The notes under the pieces were generated by a model. It was not told where the DNA came from. It did no database searches and worked only from the letters and a program-made list of their open reading frames with translations. The translations under genes were made by a program, and so were the position numbers. DNA of 62,309 nt, from NCBI GenBank assembly GCA_035259145.1, contig DATFWQ010000135.1:1-62309 (forward strand). The letters are read 5' to 3'. The DNA comes from Candidatus Dormiibacterota bacterium (GTDB lineage: Bacteria; Chloroflexota; Dormibacteria; Dormibacterales; Dormibacteraceae). The first letter of the stretch is position 1, and each line of letters opens with the position of its first letter. This document shows positions 30,504 to 39,364 of this stretch, piece by piece.

Positions 30504-30508
30504 ATGCG

Positions 30509-31888
30509 TCAGAGCGGCATGGTTCGGCCACGCCGCACGAGCTGCCCGCTTCCCGGAAGCCCCACGACCTCGTCGTCGCGGAACACCACCTCACCCCGCC
30601 TGATCGTGACCTCCGGCCAGCCGGTGACGGCCGTGCCCTCGTAGACGGAGTAGTCAGCGTTCGACTTCAGCATCCCGGCTTGGACAGTGCGCGTTCGCTC
30701 AGGATCGAAGACGACGATGTCGGCGTCGCTGCCTACCGCGATAACCCCCTTGCGTGGGTAGAGGCCGAACAGTCTGGCGGCGTTGGTGGCCGTGACCTCG
30801 ACGAACCTGCTCAGTGAGATGCGGCCCTGACGGACGCCTTCCGAGTAGAGCATCGGCAACATCGTCTGCAGGTTTTCGACGCCAGGCCGCAGCCTTGTGA
30901 TTGTCAGCCCCGGGTCGAGTTTTGCCATCAGCGACCAGGGTGCGTGGTCGGTGCAGACGGTTTGCACGACACCCTGCCGGATGCCGGCCCAGAGAGCGTC
31001 CACGTCAGCGCGCTCACGGAGCGGCGGCTGGCCCACGTACTTCGCGCCATCGGGCTGCGCCAGGCTCTCGGAGGTGAGGTGGAGGTAGAGCGGTCGGGTT
31101 TCGACGTAGACGGGCAGGCCGCGGCCCTGCGCCTCCGCGCACACCGCAAGTGCCCGCTCGGACGACAGGTGGACGATGTATACGGGAGCGCCCGTGGCCT
31201 CGGCCATCGCAGCTGCTCGCTGCGTCGCGACGACCTCGGCGACGACGGGCCGGCTCCGGGCGAAGTCGCGCAGCGTTGTGCGGCCAGCGGAAACCAGCTG
31301 AGCAACGGCGTCCGCGACAAGTGCCGCGTCCTCGCAGTGGATCATCGTCAGCAGGCCGCCGGCCCCGGCGCGCCGCGTCGCCTCGACGTAATGGGCCACC
31401 TGTGCGTCGAACGCCGGAGAGGTCATGAAGAACTTGATGGAGTTGTACCCGGCGGCCAGCAGGTCGGGGAGCTCGTCCAGGACCTCTGGCGTCGTCTCCG
31501 AGATCACCGGGTGCAGGAACAGGTCGGCGATCGTCTGCTTCTGGGCGACGGCAGCCTCTCGTCGCAGCACCGCGACGGGCGTCTCACCGGCGGCGAGGAA
31601 GGTCATGTTGCCGAGCGTGGTGATACCGCCGGCGAGCGCAGCCGCCGACCCGCTGCCGAAGTCGTCGACCCAGTGATGCTGCCGGTCCGCAATACCCGGA
31701 GGCGAGGACAGGTGAACGTGAGCGTCGATGCCGCCCGGCAGCAGCAGACGTCCGCGGGCGTCGATCCTCAGCGCCGCCTGCATCTCACCGCCGATCTGGG
31801 CGATCTTGCCGCTCACGATGCCGACGTCAGCCGCCTCAACGGCGCCGGCGTTGGCTATGCGGGCGCCGCTGATGACCAGGTCGAACAC
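30509..31888 (-). CDS. cyclic amidohydrolase (dihydropyrimidinase / D-hydantoinase-like)
   Basis: GGIDAHVHL metal-binding motif, amidohydrolase-fold length (459 aa), TDHAP motif. Confidence 0.8.
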   Translation of the reverse strand: MFDLVISGARIANAGAVEAADVGIVSGKIAQIGGEMQAALRIDARGRLLLPGGIDAHVHLSSPPGIADRQHHWVDDFGSGSAAALAGGITTLGNMTFLAAGETPVAVLRREAAVAQKQTIADLFLHPVISETTPEVLDELPDLLAAGYNSIKFFMTSPAFDAQVAHYVEATRRAGAGGLLTMIHCEDAALVADAVAQLVSAGRTTLRDFARSRPVVAEVVATQRAAAMAEATGAPVYIVHLSSERALAVCAEAQGRGLPVYVETRPLYLHLTSESLAQPDGAKYVGQPPLRERADVDALWAGIRQGVVQTVCTDHAPWSLMAKLDPGLTITRLRPGVENLQTMLPMLYSEGVRQGRISLSRFVEVTATNAARLFGLYPRKGVIAVGSDADIVVFDPERTRTVQAGMLKSNADYSVYEGTAVTGWPEVTIRRGEVVFRDDEVVGLPGSGQLVRRGRTMPL

Positions 31889-32021
31889 CTACCGCCCCGG
31901 CGTTCGACGCTGCGGCCGCCGAGTGGCGTAGCGGTCCTCAAACGCCACCGAATCACCGGGCGGGCTTGCCTCGATCCATTCGAACGAGGAGACGCCGCAC
32001 TCGGACGTGGTCAGGGCGACG

Positions 32022-33491
32022 TCAGGTGCGTGCATCTCGCAAAGCGGAACGTCGCACTTTGCCGGCGTCGTCGCGCAGCGGCTCGTCCACGAACTCGAAC
32101 GACCTCGGCAGCTTGTACCGCACCAGGCGGCCGGTAAGGTGCTCTCTCAACTCCTCCTGACTCACGGGCTCGCCAAGCTGCACGATGGCGTGTATCCGCT
32201 GACCAAGGTCCTCGTCTGGCAGTCCGACCACCGCACTCGAGCGGACGGCCGGGTGCTCCTCCAGCGCCGCCTCCACCTCCGCAGGGTAGACGTTGGCACC
32301 CCCGCTCAAGATCAGGTCCGTCCGCCGGTCCGAGATGTAGACGTAGCCGTCCGGGTCCATCCAGCCCAGGTCCCCCACCGACTCCCAGCCCTGCCGCTCG
32401 CGTGCCACGGCGCCGACGTAGTGGTACGTCGGTTCGGTTCCCTCTCTGCGCCGCATGAAGATCTCACCAACGTCTCCCGGTGGGAGAGGACGGCCGGAAC
32501 CATCGAGGATCTGGATCTCGCCGGTGACCGGGCGACCCACCGATCCGCGGTGCGCGAGCCACTCGACCCCCGAGATGATGGTCAGCGCCTGCTGCTCGGT
32601 GGCGCCATAGAGCTCGAAGACCCGCTCGGGTCCCAGCCACTCGAGCCAGGCCTCCTTGAGCCACATGGGGCAGGGTGCAGCCAGGTGGAAGACGACCTTC
32701 AACGATGAGAGGTCCCGGCTCTCGCGGACTTCGGCGGGGAGCCGCCAGATGCGGTGCATCATCGTCGGCACCAGCAGCACGAAATCCGGGCGGTAGCGCT
32801 CGATCAGGTCGAGCGTGAGGAGCGGCTCGAACCGGCGTTCCAGCACAACGTGGCTGCCGTGGAACAGCGCCTGCGTGGTCGCGACGAACGGCCCGTTGTG
32901 GTATAGGGGCCCGGGGATCAGGACGGTCCCGTCGCGCGGCATGAGGATGGGCGGCTCTCCCTCGTCGTCCACCATCGCGGCTGTGCCCGACAGGATCAGC
33001 TTGGGCCGGCCCGTGCTCCCTCCGGAGGTCGGCGCCTTCCAGGAAGCGCTCACGCGGAGGGGCAGCGCCGAGCCGTCGACGGACGGCTCGAAGTCCGGCA
33101 CCCGCGCCAGCACCTGGCGGCCGGGGTGGGCGGCAGGGTCAGCACCGACGATGAGGCGTGAGCCGGCAAGTTCCACGATCGCCTGACGTTCCCTGTCCGG
33201 CAGCAGCGGGGACACCATCTGGGGGATTGCGCCCAGCTTGAGCGTGGCCACCGTCGACTCGACAAACCCCAGAGAGTTGGGCAGACCGATGGTCACCAGG
33301 TCGCCCACCTCGATGCCCAGGCCGGCGAATGCTCGGGCGAGCTGGTTTGTCCGGCGGTCCAGCTCTGACCACGTGAGCGCGGCTTCACCCTCGACCGTGA
33401 TCGCAGGCTGATCTGGTCGTGCAATCGCCGTCCGGCGCAGAGCCTCGACCATCGGGATCATCGTCATCGGCAGGTCCTCCTCACGAGCCAT
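32022..33491 (-). CDS. AMP-dependent synthetase/ligase (acyl-CoA synthetase family)
   Basis: TSGGSTGRPK AMP-binding motif, YGATE, GDLGWMDPDGYVYISDR, and a C-terminal GKVRR. Confidence 0.85.
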   Translation of the reverse strand: MAREEDLPMTMIPMVEALRRTAIARPDQPAITVEGEAALTWSELDRRTNQLARAFAGLGIEVGDLVTIGLPNSLGFVESTVATLKLGAIPQMVSPLLPDRERQAIVELAGSRLIVGADPAAHPGRQVLARVPDFEPSVDGSALPLRVSASWKAPTSGGSTGRPKLILSGTAAMVDDEGEPPILMPRDGTVLIPGPLYHNGPFVATTQALFHGSHVVLERRFEPLLTLDLIERYRPDFVLLVPTMMHRIWRLPAEVRESRDLSSLKVVFHLAAPCPMWLKEAWLEWLGPERVFELYGATEQQALTIISGVEWLAHRGSVGRPVTGEIQILDGSGRPLPPGDVGEIFMRRREGTEPTYHYVGAVARERQGWESVGDLGWMDPDGYVYISDRRTDLILSGGANVYPAEVEAALEEHPAVRSSAVVGLPDEDLGQRIHAIVQLGEPVSQEELREHLTGRLVRYKLPRSFEFVDEPLRDDAGKVRRSALRDART

Positions 33492-33702
33492 TCTTGCGGA
33501 CGCCGCGACCGACTGCGCATGCCTTTGGCCGTGCTCCTGCGCGCTGTCGCATAATCAACGCTCACCATGGAGCTGGCGACCTTCACTCCGACCCGGCCCC
33601 CGAGATCAATCGCCGCTCCCTGCCCTAGGTAGCCCGCGCCCCTCACTGAGCGCGGGCGTCAGCCCCCTGTCCCATTCGCAAAAACACCTAGGGAGATCCA
33701 CC

Positions 33703-35172
33703 ATGACAAACACCATCGCGACCACTGACGAGGGCGAGGAGTTCGTCAAGGACATCACGAAGATGTCCGTCGACTTCGATCGCTGGTACACCGACGTGGT
33801 TCGCAAGGCCGAGCTGGCCGACTACACGCCGGTGCGAGGCAGCATGGTCATCCTGCCGTACGGCTACGCGCTGTGGGAGAACATTCAGCGCGCCTTCGAC
33901 GACATGATCAAGTCCAGCGGCCACGAGAACTGGTACTGCCCGCTCCTCATCCCGGAGGAGCTGCTGACGAAAGAAGAGGAGCACGTCCAGGGCTTCACAC
34001 CGCAGGTGGCCTGGGTAACCGAGGCGGCCGGCGGCAAGCTCGAGCAGCGCCTGGCCATCCGGCCGACCAGCGAGACGATCATCGGCGCGCTCATCCGGCG
34101 CTACATCCAGTCCCATCGCGACCTGCCGAAGCTGACCAACCAGTGGTGCAACGTCGTGCGCTGGGAGATGCGGACGCGGCTGTTCCTGCGCACCACCGAA
34201 TTCCTGTGGCAAGAGGGCCACACGTTCCACGCCAGCGCCGACGAGGCCAAGCAGGAGGTCGACCTGATCCTCGGTTACTACCGCGACCTGGCTCAGGACT
34301 GGCTGGCGATGCCGGTCCTGGCAGGCATGAAGAGCCGGAGCGAGACGTTCCCAGGCGCTGTTCACACCAAGAGCATCGAGGCGTTGATGCGCGATGGTCT
34401 GGCCTTGCAGGCCGGCACATCGCACTACTTCGGCCAGAACTTCAGCAGCGCCTACGACATCTCGTTTTCCAACCAGCGCAACCAGCGAGAGCTCTGCTAT
34501 TCGACGTCGTGGGGCATCTCCACTCGCCTGATCGGCGGCGTGATCATGGCGCACGGTGACGACGCCGGCTTGATCCTGCCGCCACGCATTGCGCCGATCC
34601 AGGTGGCGGTCGTGCCGATCTTCAGGGACGCAGCCAGCCGGGATCTGGTCGAAGCCTTCATCGAGACCTGGCGCTGGGCGGTCGAAGGTGAGCGCATCCG
34701 GCTCCGGGTCGACTGGAGCGATGACCGGCCGGGCGAGAAGTTCAACCGCTGGGAGCTGAAGGGGGTGCCACTGCGGCTAGAGGTGGGCCCTCGGGACGTG
34801 GAGGCGCGCCAGGTCAGCCTGGTTGACCGGCTGACCCGCGAGCGTCGGCCGGTCCCGGCCGCCGGCCTCGCCGGGCGCCTCAGGGACGAGCTCAGCAGCT
34901 TCCAGCGCGACCTCTATCAGCGGGCGCTGGACTTCCGGGACCAGAACACGGTCGAGGTGTCGACGCTCGAGGAGCTTGTGGCGCACTTCAAAGAGCGCGC
35001 GGGAATCGTCTGGGCCCCCTGGTGTGAGAGCGAGGAGTGCGAGGCTCGCGTCAGCGAGGCAACCGGTGGCGTGCACACTCGCAACTTCGACCCGGACGCC
35101 GAGGCTGAGGGCTCCTGCCTCGTCTGTGGACGGCCGGCGAAACGCCGTGTTGCGTTTGCCCGGGCGTACTGA
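33703..35172 (+). CDS. proS: proline--tRNA ligase (archaeal/eukaryote-like type without INS domain)
   Basis: FDRWYTDVVRKAEL, class II motifs (RPTSET, FLWQEGHT), C-terminal Zn-binding-type end ...AFARAY. Confidence 0.95.
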   Translation: MTNTIATTDEGEEFVKDITKMSVDFDRWYTDVVRKAELADYTPVRGSMVILPYGYALWENIQRAFDDMIKSSGHENWYCPLLIPEELLTKEEEHVQGFTPQVAWVTEAAGGKLEQRLAIRPTSETIIGALIRRYIQSHRDLPKLTNQWCNVVRWEMRTRLFLRTTEFLWQEGHTFHASADEAKQEVDLILGYYRDLAQDWLAMPVLAGMKSRSETFPGAVHTKSIEALMRDGLALQAGTSHYFGQNFSSAYDISFSNQRNQRELCYSTSWGISTRLIGGVIMAHGDDAGLILPPRIAPIQVAVVPIFRDAASRDLVEAFIETWRWAVEGERIRLRVDWSDDRPGEKFNRWELKGVPLRLEVGPRDVEARQVSLVDRLTRERRPVPAAGLAGRLRDELSSFQRDLYQRALDFRDQNTVEVSTLEELVAHFKERAGIVWAPWCESEECEARVSEATGGVHTRNFDPDAEAEGSCLVCGRPAKRRVAFARAY

Positions 35173-35205
35173 CGTCACCAAGTACCGAATGGCAGTGGCA
35201 ATTCT

Positions 35206-37362
35206 TTGGTAAGAACTGACGAAACCGTCGTGAGCATCTCGGAACTGCTTCGGATCTCGGAGCACCTGGCACCCGCGGATCGGGATCTGGTGCGGCAGGC
35301 GTACACTCGCGCCTCCGAGGCCCACATCGGTCAGCGCAGGGTATCGGGCGAGGAGTACGTCGAGCACCCGCTCCACGTGGCTCGGATCCTTGCCGATCTC
35401 GGCCTGGACGCCCAGACGCTGGCCGCCGCGCTGCTCCACGACACGGTGGAGGACACCGAGGTGACCATCGACGACGTCGCCTCTGAGTTCGGTCCCTCAG
35501 TCGCGCGCCTGGTCGAGGGCGTCACCAAGCTGAGCCGGATCGAGTTTCGGTCGGACCAGCAGCAGCATGCGGAGCACATTCGGCGGATGCTGCTGGCAAT
35601 GGCGGACGACATCCGGGTCGTCCTGATCAAGCTGGCGGACCGGCTCCACAACATGAGGACGCTGGAGGCGCTGCCGGAAACGCGCCGGCGCAAGATCTCC
35701 CGCGAGACGATGGACATCTACGCCCCCCTGGCACACCGCCTCGGGATCGGGCAGGTCAAGTGGGAGCTGGAAGACCTGGCCTTCCGCATCCTGAACCCGG
35801 ACGAGTACCACGAGATCGTCGGGCGGGTGAATCGCAAGCGGCGGGACCGCGAACGGATGGTCGCTGACCTTGGCGACATCCTGGCGCGGGAGCTGGAAAA
35901 GATCGGGATCCAGGCCGAGATCACCGGCCGTCCCAAGCACATCTACTCCATCTGGCAGAAGATGCGCCGGGATCAGAAGGAGTTCACACAGATTTACGAC
36001 CTGCTGGCGATGCGGGTGCTGGTCGCCTCGGTGAAGGACTGCTACGGCGTGCTGGGCGTCGTTCACTCTCTGTGGAAGCCGCTGCCAGGACGGTTCAAGG
36101 ACTACATCGCAATGGCGAAGTCCAACGGCTACCAGTCGTTGCATACGACCGTGATCTCCCACAGCGGGGAGCCGACAGAGGTCCAGATCCGCACCCAGGA
36201 GATGCACCGCGTCGCGGACTTCGGAGTTGCCGCCCACTGGTCGTACAAGGACAACGGGACAGATCCGCACTTCGACCAGAAGCTGAGCTGGCTGCGACTG
36301 CTCATGGAGTGGCAGAAGGAGGTCACCGACGCGGAGTCCTTCGTGGATGCCGTGAAGGTCGACATCTTCCAGGACGAGGTGTTCGTCTTCTCCCCGAAGG
36401 GGGACGTGCTCAACCTGCCGGCGGGTTCGACTCCGGTGGACTTCGCCTATCGGATCCACACCGAGGTCGGCCACCGCTGCATCGGAACGAAGGTCAATGG
36501 CCGGATGGTCCCCCTGGACTACGAGCTCAAGAACGGCGAGATCGTCGAGATCCTGACCTCCAAGGGCCCGCACGGCCCCAGCCGCGACTGGCTGAGCTTC
36601 GTCAAGAGCGCGTCGGCGCGCGAACGCATTCGAAAGTGGTTCAAGAGCCAGCGGCGCGAGGAGAACGTGTCCAAGGGTCGCGACATGCTGGAGAAGGAGC
36701 TGCACCGGATGCACCGGTTGAGCCTGAGCCAGCTTCCGGAGGGCAAGCTCGCCGAGATGGCGGCCCACTACAAGTACCAGGGCGCCGACGACTTTCTGGC
36801 CGCGATCGGATACGGCGACGTCTCGCCCCACTCCGTGGTAATGCGGATGGCGCTGACGCGGAGCGAAGAAGGGGACGAGCTGCGATCCATCCCCCTGATT
36901 CCGCAGGTGCAGCCGACACCCAGGGTGCTGGTGCGTGGCGAGCGGGGGATCCTTACCGCCATTGCGGGGTGCTGCCAGCCCGTCCCTGGCGATGCGATCA
37001 CCGGCTTCACCACCCGGGGAAAGGGGGTCAGCGTTCACCGGATGGACTGCATCAACGCGATCAACAGCCCGGATGCTGACAGGCTGGTGCCGGTGGACTG
37101 GGACATGGAGGCGTCCCAGGTCTACCCGGTCTCGATCAAGATCGAGGCCTGGGATCGGACAGGGCTGCTCCGTGATATCGCGACCGTGGTGGCGGCGCAA
37201 AGGGTCAACATGGCCGCGGCTTCGGTGCACGTCTACGACGACAAGACGGCCGTTGTGTCCGCCACCGTGGAGGTCGACTCGCTGTCCCAGCTCTCGCGGC
37301 TGCTCGAAAAGCTGGAGCAGGTGAGGGACGTCCACACCGTCGCCCGTGAAGCGGCCAGCTGA
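35206..37362 (+). CDS. rel: bifunctional (p)ppGpp synthetase/hydrolase, RelA/SpoT family
   Basis: HD motif HDTVEDT, synthetase motif, and TGS and ACT domains at the C-terminus. Start may be GTG 35230. Confidence 0.95.
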   Translation: MVRTDETVVSISELLRISEHLAPADRDLVRQAYTRASEAHIGQRRVSGEEYVEHPLHVARILADLGLDAQTLAAALLHDTVEDTEVTIDDVASEFGPSVARLVEGVTKLSRIEFRSDQQQHAEHIRRMLLAMADDIRVVLIKLADRLHNMRTLEALPETRRRKISRETMDIYAPLAHRLGIGQVKWELEDLAFRILNPDEYHEIVGRVNRKRRDRERMVADLGDILARELEKIGIQAEITGRPKHIYSIWQKMRRDQKEFTQIYDLLAMRVLVASVKDCYGVLGVVHSLWKPLPGRFKDYIAMAKSNGYQSLHTTVISHSGEPTEVQIRTQEMHRVADFGVAAHWSYKDNGTDPHFDQKLSWLRLLMEWQKEVTDAESFVDAVKVDIFQDEVFVFSPKGDVLNLPAGSTPVDFAYRIHTEVGHRCIGTKVNGRMVPLDYELKNGEIVEILTSKGPHGPSRDWLSFVKSASARERIRKWFKSQRREENVSKGRDMLEKELHRMHRLSLSQLPEGKLAEMAAHYKYQGADDFLAAIGYGDVSPHSVVMRMALTRSEEGDELRSIPLIPQVQPTPRVLVRGERGILTAIAGCCQPVPGDAITGFTTRGKGVSVHRMDCINAINSPDADRLVPVDWDMEASQVYPVSIKIEAWDRTGLLRDIATVVAAQRVNMAAASVHVYDDKTAVVSATVEVDSLSQLSRLLEKLEQVRDVHTVAREAAS

Positions 37363-37388
37363 ATGATCGGCGGAAGATCGCCTGCTTC

Positions 37389-38024
37389 GTGATGACCGAG
37401 CAACGCCTGCACGTGGAGGTCACGGCCGATCGGCAGTTCGGTACCAACTCGTACCTGGTCGAAGACGAAGAGACCCGCGACGCGGCCGTGATCGACGCCA
37501 ACCTCGAACCGGAGTTGATGGTTGACCTCGTCCGCAGTCGGGGCGTCTCCGTTAGAGCGATCCTGCTGACCCACACCGACATAGACCACATCGCGGGCCT
37601 GGTGCGGCTGCGCCAGGAGTTCGGAGATGTCCCGATCGCGGTTCACGGCGCGGAGCAAGAGGTGCTGACCGAAGGCCTTCCCCTGCGGAGTGAGTTCCCG
37701 CGCCCGCTGCCGACGTTCGGAAACGTGGATTCGCTCGTACCTGGCGAGGTCTATCGAGCCGGCGCTCTTGCCTTTGACGTCCTGCACACACCGGGCCACA
37801 GCCCGGGCGGAGTCACGCTCTGCATCGGGAACGCCCTCTTCACGGGCGACGCCCTGTTCGCCGGCTCCATCGGTCGCTCCGACTTTTCCAACAGCGACGG
37901 TCATGCACTGCTCCAGGGCATCCGGGAGCACCTGATGACACAGCCCGACGACAGAATCGTGTTCAGCGGCCACGGCCCGGTGAGCACGATCGGTCAAGAA
38001 CGGCGCTACAACCCGTTCCTCTAG
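37389..38024 (+). CDS. MBL-fold metallo-hydrolase (glyoxalase II-like)
   Basis: LLTHTDIDH motif region, TPGHSPG and GDALF motifs. It occupies the conserved slot between rel and hisS. Confidence 0.8.
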   Translation: MMTEQRLHVEVTADRQFGTNSYLVEDEETRDAAVIDANLEPELMVDLVRSRGVSVRAILLTHTDIDHIAGLVRLRQEFGDVPIAVHGAEQEVLTEGLPLRSEFPRPLPTFGNVDSLVPGEVYRAGALAFDVLHTPGHSPGGVTLCIGNALFTGDALFAGSIGRSDFSNSDGHALLQGIREHLMTQPDDRIVFSGHGPVSTIGQERRYNPFL

Positions 38025-38065
38025 GAGGCCGGAGGCCGCCCAACAGCGGCGGGTAAACTCGGCGG

Positions 38066-39364
38066 ATGCCGACGAGCCCACCGATCAAGGCCGCCCGTGG
38101 GGTGCGTGACATCCTGCCCGCCGAACGGGCCGGATACGCGGTCGTGGAGCGCGCCGCCCAGGAGGTGGCGCGACGCTTCGGCTATCAGCAGGTGGAGCTC
38201 CCGGTCATCGAGCCTGTGGAGCTGATCGAGCGGGGGCTCGGAAGCGACAGCGACGCCGGCGGCAAGGAGCTGTACCGCCTCGAGCCGCATGGCGATTCGG
38301 ACGGGGATGCTCCCGCACGATTGGTGCTGCGCCCGGAAGGCACCGCGAGCATGGTCAGGGCTTACTTCCAGGGCGGCCTGAACCAGGGTCCGCAGCCGGT
38401 TCGGCTGTTCACTCTCGGGCCCATGTTCCGGCACGACAAGCCCCAGCACCTCCGCTACCGGCAGTTCTACCAGTTCGACCTCGAGGTGATCGGTGATGCG
38501 TCGCCGGCCTATGACGTGGAGGTCATCGAGCTGACGTGGGGCTGGATCGAGGGGATGGGGATTGGGCACGTGAGCCTCGAGCTGAACAGCATCGGGGACT
38601 TCAACTGCCGCCCGCAGTATCTGCGGCTGCTGCAGGACTACTACCGGCCGCTCAAAGACAGGCTGCACGGCGAATGCCAGCGCCGGCTTGAGCAGAATCC
38701 ACTGCGGCTTCTGGACTGCAAAGAGGAGCAGTGCCAGCCCTTCAAGGCGGCTGCCCCGAGAATCACCGACCATCTGTGTGCGGCGTGCGCCGCTGCCTTC
38801 GAAAAGGTGAAGTCGTTGCTCGATGCCGCCGGCCTCGAGTACCGTCTCAACCCTTATCTGGTGCGCGGCCTGGACTACTACACGCGAACCGTCTTCGAGC
38901 TTCAGCACCGATCCCTTGGTGGAGCCCAGAACTCGCTGGGCGGTGGCGGTCGCTACGACGCTCTTGCCGCAGAACTGGGCTTTCCCGACACGCCTGGGGT
39001 TGGCTTCGCCGGTGGGATCGACCGGGTGGCGTACATGCTCCAGCACGAGCTGGGCAGCATCAAGGCGGCACCGGCTGCGCATGTGCTGGTGCTGCCGATG
39101 ACGGAGGACCTTGAGCGGGAGGCGGCCCAGGTCGGACGCGTCTGCCGCAGTGCCGCGCCGACCGCGGTCGACTACAGCGCTCGCAGCCTGCGCGCCAAGA
39201 TGCGCGCTGCGGACCGTTCTGGTGCCCGGTGGGCGGTGATCATGAATTCCGAAGAGGCGGAGCGACAGGTGGCACAGCTCCGCGACCTGGTCAGTGGCGA
39301 TCAGCGGGAGGTGGCCTGGGACGCATTGCCCAGTGCGATAACTCAGGGGGGAGGGGAGGACTGA
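38066..39364 (+). CDS. hisS: histidine--tRNA ligase
   Basis: GVRDILP, LRPEGTAS, FRHDKPQ..RYRQFYQFD and GGGRYD motifs. Confidence 0.95.
   Translation: MPTSPPIKAARGVRDILPAERAGYAVVERAAQEVARRFGYQQVELPVIEPVELIERGLGSDSDAGGKELYRLEPHGDSDGDAPARLVLRPEGTASMVRAYFQGGLNQGPQPVRLFTLGPMFRHDKPQHLRYRQFYQFDLEVIGDASPAYDVEVIELTWGWIEGMGIGHVSLELNSIGDFNCRPQYLRLLQDYYRPLKDRLHGECQRRLEQNPLRLLDCKEEQCQPFKAAAPRITDHLCAACAAAFEKVKSLLDAAGLEYRLNPYLVRGLDYYTRTVFELQHRSLGGAQNSLGGGGRYDALAAELGFPDTPGVGFAGGIDRVAYMLQHELGSIKAAPAAHVLVLPMTEDLEREAAQVGRVCRSAAPTAVDYSARSLRAKMRAADRSGARWAVIMNSEEAERQVAQLRDLVSGDQREVAWDALPSAITQGGGED

Noticed and set aside
33492-33702. T-box or other aaRS leader upstream of proS (the leaders of alaS and hisS were also checked)
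   Set aside because: I found no T-box consensus (GGTGGTACCGCG-like) or specifier-loop architecture. Only a CATAAT hexamer and a short GC hairpin are present.
35497-37335. 612-aa ORF antisense to rel
   Set aside because: It lies entirely inside and opposite a gene with unmistakable RelA/SpoT motifs. Its product is Arg/Pro/Gly/His-rich low-complexity, the usual stop-poor antisense frame of high-GC DNA.
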